Positions 38,491 through 51,000 of a DNA stretch of 64,000 bases are shown here, piece by piece (the stretch's first letter is position 1; every line of letters starts with the position of its first letter). Source of the DNA: Octopus vulgaris (Eukaryota); contig OX597815.1 of the NCBI GenBank assembly GCA_951406725.2, positions 50,778,001 through 50,842,000 on the forward strand, read 5' to 3'. A program made the translations under genes and the position numbers. Under the pieces are notes generated by a model that saw nothing but the letters and a program-made list of their open reading frames with translations, did no database searches and had not been told where the DNA came from.

Positions 38491-38530
<40 letters not shown>

Positions 38531-38533
<3 letters not shown>

Positions 38534-39116
38534 CTTGACCGACCAGTCCGTCAGGCGTCCAGTTGACACCGCTGGTCACAGCACGCTGTCCACTTCTCTC
38601 TGGATCGCGCCTTTTTCATCCACGTGATCCCAATCGTCCTCCTGAAATCATAACTCCATTGTCGTGGAGGCCTTCCGGGTGGTCGTTTCCGCTCATGCGG
38701 GTACCACTCGGCAACTACGCGGGCCCACCGATTATCGGTGAGCCGGGCGACATGTCCAGCCCATCTAAAATTGCTGCGTGTATACTCTACAATGACATCG
38801 CTCACACCGGACTTCTTTCTGATGATCTCGCTACTGATGTGCTCTCTCAACAAGATACCAAGCATTGACCTTTCCATGGCTCTTCGAGCCATTACCAGTC
38901 TCTGCTCTTCTCTCTTTGTTGTAGCCCATGTTTCACAGCCATATAACATTGCAGGTAGAATTGTACTGTTGATGAGGTTGGCGCGGGTGGTCCTGTCCAA
39001 CCTTCCCTTGAGCATATCCTTTATGCCATTAAACACCTTCCATCTGGCCCTTGCTCTCCATGAGATCTCCTTTTTGATATCTCGGCACATATTCACTTCC
39101 TGTCCCAGGTAGACAT
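38531..39116 (-). mobile_element. Young RTE-clade LINE 3' segment (open RT C-terminal frame, about 20-nt 3' UTR, then (TA)n)
   Basis: ORF 38551-39132: VYLGQEV...ILPAMLYGCETW...RWAGHVARLTDNRW...KRPPGRPPRQW, characteristic RTE motifs with no stops. Confidence 0.92.
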
Positions 39117-39294
39117 CAATACAATGGATCAAACCATGGATCAGCTTCAGACCATGCTGACAGAGCTCGACATCAAAAACTCTGCAGTAGGTCTCAAGAT
39201 AAACTGCATGAATACTAAGTTCATGCAGTCAGACAACGTACCAACAGATCGAATGGTGATCAGCAGTGATGAAATAGAGGAGGTAAAGGAATAT
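39117..39294 (+). mobile_element. Inverted 5' segment of the same RTE LINE
   Basis: QLQTMLTELDIKNSAVGLKINCMNTKFM...IEEVKEY is the RT region that directly precedes VYLG in RTE proteins, but it lies on the opposite strand. Confidence 0.85.
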
Positions 39295-41870
39295 ATATAT
39301 ATATATATATATATTTGAAAGCATCCACTGGTGATGTCCCTAAAAATTTGAAAAGAATAAATGGTTTAAGCTTGCAAGACAAAATGGTATTTTAAAATAA
39401 TTGAATACCTATAAATTTTTAAAATCTGCCTATAGGTTCACATGTACTAACATGTCTCCATTACTAAAAATGTTCTCCAGCTCAGACTTACTGTCCCATA
39501 ACCATTGTCATTTTTGAATAATCAACCGCATTTGTTGTACCATTTAGTTCACCTCAAATATTTCAGTCAGAATCACTATTCTTTATTGATATCAGCCTAT
39601 AGACTGCTGTCAGGTTTTTCAGTTACACATTTTTAGGACAAAGGAAACATATTTGTTTTCAAGTGTAAATGTTGACAAACTTTGAAAATCAAAACTAAAA
39701 AAAAAAAAAGATAACCTAGAAGATTTATTGAAGCCAACAACAAAACAATATTTCTATTAAAGTTAAAATTCAGAATGAAATAAGAATTTCCAAATAAAAC
39801 ACTTTACTCTTCTATTGAAAATTTGTTAACAGAGCCACATTCACTGCGTTTGAATATGTATGAATAAGCATAATGAATGCTCTAATCTTTTAGCGTTGTG
39901 TTACTATAATAAGACTGCCATAAGAGTAACTAAAATATTTCCTAATAAATTAGGTATTCATAATTGTGTGAAAACAATATCTTGTTAAACATATCTAGTT
40001 CTTTATGGTTGTAGGAACTTCAATAGCTTCCATATTAATAGTGTTCCATGCCAGCATGGAGAAAATGGACATTAAACTAATGATGGCGGTGGGGCTGATG
40101 GCAGTGGTGGTGGTGGCGGTGGCAGTGGCAGCAGCGGTGAAGTGTGGTATGGTGGGGGCTGATACATAATCTGCTGCAAGAAAGTCATTACATTGGGTTC
40201 CTAAATACAACAAAAAAAAATCTGATAACATATTTTTACTATCACACTATTGTTAGTTGCTGCTTTGATCATTATTATTAAAAAATGTTGTCCTTTTTTT
40301 ATGTTTCAATTGATATCCAGTGCTTGTATCCGTAATAAAACAGTGACTATTGTTCAGCAGTCTCTCATGGCTGCTCATTCAATGAATCATGAAAACAGGT
40401 CACTTTCTGCATATAAAAGACATACCTTTCATTTGCCATAAAGGGCCCTTTGTGTCATTTTTTCAACCTTATATCATCTACACCATCCCTTAGTCTTTAC
40501 GAACTTTTAGATAAAAAAAAATTCAAACCTTTTTTGGCTTTTTTTTTACAGAAATAGTTTGTTATTTATTAAATATTTTAAAGCAAAAACTAAAATATAA
40601 TATTCAAGTTTATTGAATAAAGTAAAAGACAAATATATATGTTGGTCTGTCATATAAAAAAAAAATTGTTAAAAATCAAACAAAATTTTGTTGTTCAAGG
40701 ATTATTTGCATTATTCTCTGTGTAAGTCATGTCCGCTGATTGTGACTGTGATTTCTAATTCTATTTTGTTTCACTATTGTATAGGTTTTATGACCTGTTA
40801 ACCCTAATTTATTGTGTCAATAAAAATATTCAGATGAATCAATGACAATATTGTTGACTTATTTGGCCTAAATTGTCACACACATAATATCACTGTCTGT
40901 TACCATTCTTTTCTTCTTTCTTTTCTCCTCCATTCTTGAAGCTGTCATAGTTTCCAAATCGATGTTTTATTGCTTTAAACTGTTTTATTAGCAGTATGAG
41001 GTGTATTTTTTAGGAAAAGTGTCTAACCAGTATCTTGAGTACACAAATTATTATTTGTTTCTGTTTAATTATCTTTCAACACTGATCTAATTATTTCCCT
41101 TTTATTTTACTTTAATTATAAATTATTATTAAAGGGATGTTTGCCATCTGTATCTTCTAGTTTTTATTATTTACATGTTGAAATGGGAATAGCCGTAATT
41201 TAGTCAATAGAAAGAATTACAATTGATGCCTGCCAGGGAAATCAGTTAAAGCACTTTTAACATTGTAAACTAGCTTCAAACATTGCCATATTTTTTAAAC
41301 TATGAAGCTTTGTGTAATTAGTGACCATGCTTAGTTTATCTTCTTATCAAAATGCCACTATAATCTATTGTGGTGACAAGAGCAATTTATGTATTGTCAT
41401 TTTGAGATTGACAGCTTACTAGGCTGATTATATTTAATGTTCAGCTATGAAGATTAATTTACTTTTATTGACTTTTGTTATTTATTTTATAAAAATATTT
41501 GCATGTTAACATTCATATTGCTATGAAGTGATGTGTTTTAACTATAAATATATCATTTCTAAAATAAGAACAACTATTTAGGCGTTTTTCTGAATGGATA
41601 ATTTCTAACTAGTTTATCAAGTATGAAGTCAGACAAGTCAAATAGATAATTTAATGTAAAATTGTATTGTTTATACAATTAAACAAAAAGTATGTTCATC
41701 TAATATAAGACTAGTAATAAGTTTAATAGTTCATTCTCTCTCACTCCCTTTTTCTTTATTTTTTCCCCTAAAACCCTTCTTTCCTTTTCTCTTTCTCATA
41801 TGCCTTACTTTCTGTCAACTTTGCACTTGTTTCTTATAATATACAAGGTTCTAATAATTATTATTAATAA

Positions 41871-42087
41871 TACTTTCTAAAATAGGTAATAGGCCTGATA
41901 TTTTGGGGGAAGCAATGAGTTGATTACATCAACCCCAGTGCTCTACTGGTTCTTATTTCATTGATCCAGAAAGAATGAAAGACAACATCAACCTCAGCAA
42001 AATTTGAACTCAGAACATAATGGCAGAAGAAGAAATGCCACCAAACATTTTGTCTGGCATGCTAATGATTGTACCAATTTACTCCTT
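41871..42087 (-). mobile_element. SINE family A, minus strand
   Basis: aggcctga...gattacatcaaccccagtg...ctggt...gaatgaaag...aatttgaactcagaa...gcatgctaatgatt is the reverse complement of family A. Confidence 0.8.
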
Positions 42088-42684
42088 TATAATTACTATT
42101 ATAATAGATCTTTCCATTAGCAGTTACTGAAAAGTCTGTCATATTGTAGCTATGAGACATATCCCCTAGTTATTATTCCCCCTATCACTTAAATTATTCC
42201 TTGTTTTATTTATTGAAATATGAAAGTTAAGAACTCCTTATGAAGTTTACTATTTCATTGCTAGAGTCATCACAAACTGACATGTTTATATAGACTACAA
42301 ATTACTGAGAACATAAATAAAACTTATGGATAGTGATATAAATTGTTTAAAATTATTTTCCTATTATTATTTAATCCTCTTAACAAACTTATGTCTGTTT
42401 GAAATATTTGTTATAGTTTTAGGTCGTGTGAAACTTGTTGAGTAACCTTACTCACTTCTGCTTCAACACAACCAGGACATGGAGATTGTTGATCAGTTGA
42501 AATATTTAGTTTGATTCCTTTTGTATTTCTAGTCATAATCAGTCCATGTTGTCCTAAGAGAAGGACTCAAAACTTGTACCCACTATTTTGACCATAGTAA
42601 AGAATTTATTGAAGGCAGTTGAGTAACTACATTCAGTATGTCAAGAGCTGCTCACAGATGTCCTCAACTGTTTCTAACAAAGCC

Positions 42685-43100
42685 ACAAGGTCTTCAATTT
42701 AATCAATAGGGTTATCCATTTAAATCAGCCCTAATACTTGGCCAGTATTTTATTGACCCTGAAGAAAAGAGATTCATGGTTGATCTCTGCAGGATATGAA
42801 CCTGGGATGTAAAGGGCCAGAAATACTGCAAGATATTTTGTAAAAACTTTAATGATTCAGTCAATCCACTGCTTTTTTTTTCTTTAATTTTATAACATAG
42901 GCACAGCATCAAAAATTGGTAACGGTGGGTGTTAGTTGAATGAATCATCTTTTGTACTTCACTGGTATTTTATTGATCCTCAAGGAAATAAAAATCAAAA
43001 TTTATCTCAGCAGCATTTGAAATCAAAATGTTAAGAGCTGGAACAAATACTACAAGGAATTTTTTTTGAACCCCCCACTGATTCTAACAATCCACCATCT
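42685..43100 (-). mobile_element. Two adjacent old SINE family A copies, minus strand
   Basis: Two segments contain tattttattga(c/t)cct...atttgaa/atatgaac...aaatact(g/a)caag, matching the reverse complement of family A. Confidence 0.55.
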
Positions 43101-46100
43101 TCAGTTTGTGATTTAATACTGTAACTAGTTTGGTATATTTCTGCTTTCATTTACTTATTAGTTTCATACTAACTAGTAATGTTAAACCGTCTGTTGCTAT
43201 CCATAAATTAAATTAGTTTCTCTGCTGTTTATCTGTTAGAAAATTTCCCTATTGTAATAAATTAACCATGACAATTCAATAATCAAGACCTTAGCTCTAA
43301 TTCTATTTTCTCTTCTATAAATAATAACTATTTATAACAGACGACATGTGAAAGTGATATAATACATTTTATAAATCCCTGTGGGATTTCAGCTCATGCT
43401 ATTATATTTAAAAAGTAAAAAAAAGAAAAGAAATTAATTTAATATCATCAAAGGAAGAAAAATAGTTTTGATCTCCAGTGTATTATTATACTTTCATACA
43501 CCCTTTTCTGTATCTGATGTTTTGTCATTCTGTAAGGCATGCTGATAAGGAAGGTGTTACTGATGTTGGAGAACTAACTATTGTTTGTAGTTTTGTTAAT
43601 CAGTTGAGTGTATATCCTTGCAAAATCCTATAGTAGAGATGTTTGGTCATGGAACTAGTTTTGCATATGCTCAAACGTTATCTTAATCTCTTTTCATTTT
43701 GTGTGTTGATTCTATTATTCATTTGGCTTCTCTAGTAAGATATAAAGTTTTTTAAGTCTTGCTTTCATCATCACTGAAAGATTTTAATGCATTATTTCAT
43801 ACAATTGTGTTGTAAAATCTGACAAAATTACAGTCATCTGGGTTTTGTTTACATTTGATGGAAAAGATAAATATGGCTGATATATTTTAAAATTTACTTT
43901 TGACAGTTTTCATAAGATATTTTTCTGCTTTTTACATTTTGTTTTTTCAGAAAGTCCCTATGCCTGTTAGCATCTACATAAAATTTAATATACTTTAGCT
44001 ATAGAAAAATAGCTTCTCTGTTTTCTTTTCCTAGTTTGAAGCACATTTATGATTATTATTTTAAGCTCCCTCATAAAATTTCATTGTAACATCCAGGTGA
44101 AGTAATTTAGACAAATTTTCTTGGTGGTCTTTATACAGCCTATATATTTTAGATTAGTATGTTCAACATGGTAACTTTTGTAGTTAGCCACTGTAGATTT
44201 ATCTCTGCTAGCAATAACTGGCTTGTCTTCTTTTGAATTTTCACTTTTTAATTCTCTGTGAGATGTTTTCTAGCATAAGCCACTCTTGTGGCAACTTTCA
44301 TTCTTATTACTTTGTTATGCTCACTTCCTTGCACATCATATGGTTGTCTGTATCTCTCTCTTTCTCTTATGATTGAGAGGTCATCATCTTTTCCACTGGA
44401 TATATTTCATGTTTTCATTCAGCCGGATAAATATCCAAACCATATGCATGAGATATAAGAGGATTATGGATTTCAAATTCTTTTTCAACCATTGCACATT
44501 ACAGTTAATGGCTGCTATATAAATTATTAAAAACTCTCTTTTACTGTTTCTCTTTCCCTCTCCCACTCCTCTCCCACCTTTCTTTCTCTCCTTTCCCCCA
44601 TTACCTTTCTGTTGGCTTTTCTTCCTTCCTTTCTATATTTACCATTTCAATCTTTCTATTCTTCTTACTTTCCTCATTGCCTTTATTCTTCACTTGCAGT
44701 TTTCCTTCTGTTCATATATAATGAAGGCCAATAACTGCTGCTGCTGCTGCTGCCCAAATTCCGAGACTGTATTGAGCTGTCTTGAATTAAAATAGTATTT
44801 CAGCTGATTTCAGTTGATAAAATCATCTAAAAATATTCTATAATATTATTGATTTTTCTATTTGATCTTGTAATCTAGAAAGATTGAAAAATTATGAAAG
44901 TTATTGTTCTGTGAATTTTGCTAGTCATGACAAGAACATCATTAGAATGTTGTTGCTTTTCACTTCATTTTTATTTATTTAATTTATTTATATAGTTTTT
45001 TTTTACTAGAAAAACCAACACAAATACTATATCATCTCCCATGTTTAACAACTGAAGTTTTTCTTTCATGTTAGTCTGATTGTCTGTCTGATTCATTTCA
45101 ATGTTGTTATTAGCTTTCATTAATATTTAATATCATTTTGTTTATATTTATTTAGATTACTAAAGAAATTCCATCCTTATACTGATAATAAAAGAATTAT
45201 GTATATTAATTCATAGGTGTCCTCATAATTTAAAGCAACCGTTGTCCTCATCAAATTGATTTATGTGACACTGCTATCACCACTACCACCACCTTCACCC
45301 TACTCTACCACTAGCTCTTCTACTGATACAACTACTTTTACATTTCAACATTGTATTTAGTTTCCTTGGGACAAATTGCTAAATGCATACCAGATTTAGT
45401 ATTGGAATAATTTTTAAAATATTTATTTTCTGTTGTTTATTTTAATTATAATTGTTTTAAAGTTTAAATATTTATTTTTCTTTCTTGTTATCAATTAATA
45501 AATTCTCAGTTTTGAAAAATGTTTAAAAATATATTTTAAAAAAACTAGTTGAAAACAACATTTAAAGTGTCATAACCTATTACTTTAAACAGATTCCTAA
45601 CAAGTGTTTACCTTGTTTTATTTAACATCATTCAAAATCAAGAAATCTATCTTACTCGTACCCTTTCCCCTTCCTATTCTTTAAAGGAAACTCCAAAGTA
45701 TTTTACAAAATAATAAAGCAAACCATGTGTAATATAATCTAAATGAATAATAACTACTATTAGTATGATTCAAGTTAAATGATATCAAAATATAACAATT
45801 GAACTTAACTGTATTTTATATTCATGAGCAGGATTGTCTGGCAAGGGTGTCTGATAAAATTATACCAGTTATATACTGCTGTCAATTCAATTACAAAAAA
45901 CAGAAATTATATACCAAATGAAATGCATTAATTCTGATTTTCTCTTTTCCATATCAATTGTCATGTGAGTATAACATCTGACAAAATCAATGACCACTCA
46001 AGCATTGCAGTCTTAAATAATATGCATCATTGCTATTGCTGTTATTTTTATTTACACTTATCTGACCTGAACTTCTTCAGAGTTGTTGAACTAGAATAAG

Positions 46101-47569
46101 AATTGAAAATAATAAATATCTTATTTGCTTAGATTTCTTAGTCTTGCAACTTATTCTCAGATAAATATCTTTACAGCAGGAAGGTTAATAAAAATACTAT
46201 ATTCCACTGATTTGATTATTTTGTCAGAATTTAAGTCAAGATTGATATGAAGTTTGTAAAGTTTAATCATTCTTATTCATTGTATTAGCTTTGAGAGTTT
46301 CATCTTGTCAATTATTGATTGCAATTGAAGAACTAAAAAGAAAATTGAAATGTGCAATAAAGCAATAAATTATAGAAAACTTAACCTAAACAAAGATATT
46401 TAATTAAAATTTCAGTGTGCATGACTCTTTCAAGCCCTGGAGTGTGTATTTGTAGTTCTGTGACCATGTTGGCATGATTAACATTACAGAGTAAGGTGTG
46501 CGTGGGAGAGGATTTTTTTTTTTTTTTTTTTTAAAAAGACGTTGCTCCCAACAGTGTGGAAATGTACATTGCATGGACTTCAAACAATCTGTCTATAATT
46601 AATCTGTAAAGGGAGATCAAGAACAGTTAACACTGGAAGCATTAGAAATAAACTCCATCTTGGTTTCTCCCTGAAGCTTTGTCAGAATCCAGAGAGACCA
46701 GTAACTAGTGAGACGCTATAAACACATGTCATTGCGTGAGTTTGCCTGGAGGTTGCAAGTATAATCACTTGATACTTTTCAATGAAAAGCATTAACAACT
46801 AGCAAGGAAAAAGAACTCATTACAAATGTTTGATAAATATAACTTTATGTGACACTAACTTGATGAAAACATCACAAATAAATGAAACAGACTGTTAATT
46901 TTCTATTTACTCTTCGTTTTTAAAAATTAACTAGATGATAACACTTAGAATGAATCAACAGTTATCAAACATAGCAGAACATATCTAAAGAAATGTCTCT
47001 CTTTGAAATACTCAAATTTTTCACTTTAGGTGTTGTGTTAGTAGATTATATAAAAGAAATACTTAAGAGCAGAGTTCTAAACTCAGTACTTTTTCTGTAG
47101 AGAAAGAAGTGCACAAGATTTAAATTTACTGTCATTATAAGAGTACATAGTGTACAAAATCAGGTGAGATCTCTGGCTATTTTCTACCTTTTGAGTATAT
47201 ATGGCATATATGCATCAGATATGTATATGGTGTATATGCATCAGATGTAAATAGTTTTGTAGTTTTTCAATGATTTAACAAGACATTGAAAACTAATTTG
47301 GAAAAAGATAGTTTATGATTAAAATATGATTTCCTTCTGATAATAAGAATTGAAAATAATAATTATATTGGCCTTATTAATGATTTCTTTCTTACATTGA
47401 CCCAGGACAACAAATTCGTAAATGAACAGATATAATTGATTAAATAAACCCTAGAACATGACAGATACTTAGTTTATCAAACTAAGAGGATAAATTACAA
47501 TAATTTATATAATTGTTATCATTTCTGCATGTTTTATGTGTGTGTGTGTCCCTTTCTTGAAAAACAAAT

Positions 47570-47670
47570 AATGGTGAGTGATAAGGACATTTGGCTCAAA
47601 AACATTGCCTCAGTAATACATTCATCAAACCCATGCTAGCATGGAAAAACAGATGTAAAAAGCAAATGAA
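47570..47670 (+). mobile_element. Degenerate RTE-tail repeat
   Basis: aacccatgctagcatggaaaaacagatgtaaaa matches the tails at 35030 and 56930. Confidence 0.6.
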
Positions 47671-47986
47671 GATATATGTATGTGTGTGTGTGATCATCAT
47701 CATCATTTTATATCTTCTTGCCATACATAAGTTAAATGGGCCATCAGAATCTAAGTCAGCTCATATTCAGAGTTATTGTTCTGTGTAGACATGTCAGAGA
47801 ACCATGTATCACTCATATACTTTATTTCACCATTGTTTCAATAACTAACTGCCCTGCCTAATTCCAACTACTTGATACTGTGTATTGGGTACATTTTATT
47901 GCAACTTTAACACTATATTGGTTGTCATGTTCTTAATATCATGCAACTACTATAACATTTTTTGCCTGTAATACATCCATATATTT

Positions 47987-48017
<31 letters not shown>

Positions 48018-51000
48018 TTGATATATATGAAACCTTATTAGCTAAAATCACTTACATTATGTTATATTATTGAGAAAGTTGGTTATTTATTTATTTATTT
48101 TGTATGTGCCATAAATAATGCCTAGTGTCCCTATATAATATCCATGAATCTAGTCAGTAATATTAAAATCTACAAATCTACATAATATGCTTTTTTTTTT
48201 CTTTCTGTTCTTGTGTTGGTCATTATAGAATAACATTGATCAGCTAAGTCATGTATTTTTCTTTTAGCTTTCATTTTCTTTTTCTGAAACGTACATTTAT
48301 TTATTAATACTTTGTTATTCATTTATATATACTGTACGATCTAAAATTATATTTGTAAGACAGTTGGAAAAGATATATTTAATCTAAGGAGGTATATAAA
48401 TTACTGAAAGGTTAATTTAGAAATATTTCAATTCAACATTTTAGATTCTGCTACTGCAATGGAAACTATTATTCATTGGGCATATAAAATATTTGTGTTT
48501 TATTAGCATTAATGCTATTGTTAATTTTATATATGGCAAGAGTTCTCTTATTATTTTCCTGCATATTGTAAATAGTTTTGTTGTTTTTCGTTTGTGTTTA
48601 TTATTTATTCCTTTTGCCAAGATGTTAGTTTAGTATGTAATTTGAATGCTATCCCCTGGAATCTTCTTCCCTGCTTCCCTTTATTGCCTTGTTGCTCTTG
48701 ATGAAAGCCAGATGACAGTAATTCTGGAACATATCTGATGCAGGCAAAAATGTGTCTTCATTGTGAGTTTTAACCTCTCCCTGCCACTCTTCTCATTGCC
48801 AAAATATTTTTTCAATCATTTGTTTATTCTCTATCATCGCATTACTGCTTCTAGCTTTGGTATGACCAGTTTTCTTCATTCCTAATTTAAACTGATGTAG
48901 GTTTTCTTGACAGTAGAGGTAAAATTTGGAATTTCGTTGTTTCTAGTCCTATGAAGTAATAAAAAGATTTAGAAAAAAAAACATTTTTGAACACACATCA
49001 TTCAAATTGATTTTACCTTTTTTTAAGTCTTTGTCTTGATAATGCACTTTCATGAAGCATGCATATTACTTCATAGACTATATTGAAAACTTAAATTGAG
49101 TCTAAGTTTAATTACTAAAATTTACAAGTTTAAATGATCCAATTCACTTGATAGTCTTTTTTTTTTATCCTCTTCACCAAATATCTCAATGCTGAAATTC
49201 AAAGAAATTCAAACTCCATTTTTGTTTAATTTTTCTGCAAGTTGTATTTTTTCTTTTGATTTATTGAACCAAATTCTGTTGTTCATTTACTGATGCTAGT
49301 CATTGCATTGGGGTTTTCCTGAGGAACTGCTTTCAAGGCTTTACTTAATCATCTTAACCTCAGTATATATCACAGTGTGGTACTTATTTTATCAATCTCT
49401 AAATTTGAGAAACAGCTCAGTTACAGGATATAAAGGAACAAAACACAAAAACAACTCTGATACAAATTCAGACATAGGCGCACACACACACACACACATA
49501 CACACACATGCATGCACACATTACATGTTTCTGCACAGTTTCCACCTACCAAAATTCATTGTCTACTTTATACGATGAATCATGGGGAAAATATTATTTA
49601 ACAACATTACCAATTCATCAAAAGAACATAATTTCATGTCAATAGTTGTAAAATAGTAATGTTTCTTACTCTGAAATGCTTAAAGAACATTTAAGATATT
49701 TCATATCTTTTGATTTTCTAATGTCCCATAATTCACAAATCCTTGAAATATGTTCATCCTAAGCTGAATGCTAATGATTTAAGCAATTTGTAAAAGTGAA
49801 AATATGATGGGAGGTAGTAAAAGTATATAATTTATGAATCCTTTGAAAGCTTGTCTGGAAGAAATTTCTCTTTTTGTTTTTAAGTTTTCTTAGCATATCT
49901 CCTTCACATCCCATTCTCTCTGCATGTTCATTTCCTGCAAAGACACATGACAGAAACAACATAAACCAATTGCAAAATTTATTGATATTCATAGTTTGAA
50001 TAATGTTTTAAATATTTTTTTCTTCTTTTTTTTTTTACAATTGAAAATGCTTTTAACAGTTTTTTCATAGTAATTCATTTTTCTAGAATTGATTAAAATT
50101 GTTCTTTGTATATACACATACCTCCAAGTAGCGCCATATGAACAACAATTCAACTAAGTTACTATTTCTCAAAAGGAAGCTTGCTTAAAAGACACAGGAT
50201 AAAGACATTTTCTGTCTTTTTCATATTCTATTAATTTCTTCCTTACTCTGTAATTTTTCAGTTTCCTTTAATAAATTCCTTGTGGTGTTTTTCCTTAAAA
50301 AGAAAATGGAGCATTAGCATTTTTGTTCACATTCCTTCTTTGTTGCAAACATTGCCACAGTTACGATTTAGTTAAAAGTTTTCCACTTACTCAAAAGTGT
50401 TGCCGCCTGTCTTGACAAATATGAGAGATTTCAACGTATGTTACAAGATTTACAAACTACTCTCTCTCTATGTATCTATCTATCTATCTCATACACACCA
50501 CATGTGCATGCATGCACACACAAACAAATAGATAGATACACATTTACAATATACATACATTCATGCATTATGAATAGCAAAAGAATAACAGAAAATTTGT
50601 TCACTTATAATTTCATAAGAATTAATTTCATTAACAGCTGGAAGTAACTGTTTGTTGATTAATTCATTCTGAACAATAGATGAACTACTATGAGGAAATA
50701 GAACTTGCATATGACCTACAAAATAAAAAGAAATTTTAAGATGTTGACATTTTTTTTTTTTTTCAATTATCAGATTATGGTTTTAATGTATGTTTCAAAC
50801 ACTATATTAATATTTCTTTGTGTTTATATGTATACATTTGTAGTTCCTGAAGTTTCTTCTTTGCAGGGTTGTGTGTGTTATAAATATCTTATAAATGGTT
50901 TCCCTAACAGTTTGGTATACTTATATTAATAAGTTTGTAATTGTAGAAATCTCATTGGGTTCCAAAATTTTGATTAGCAGCAGCAGTAACATCACCTGTT

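Noticed and set aside
38468-38502. AT-rich palindrome around caatat-tat-atattg
   Set aside because: Mostly self-complementary (TA)n, which is expected in such tracts.
38563-39112. Plus-strand ORFs 38563-38868 and 38738-39112
   Set aside because: Antisense shadows of the GC-richer RTE coding sequence.
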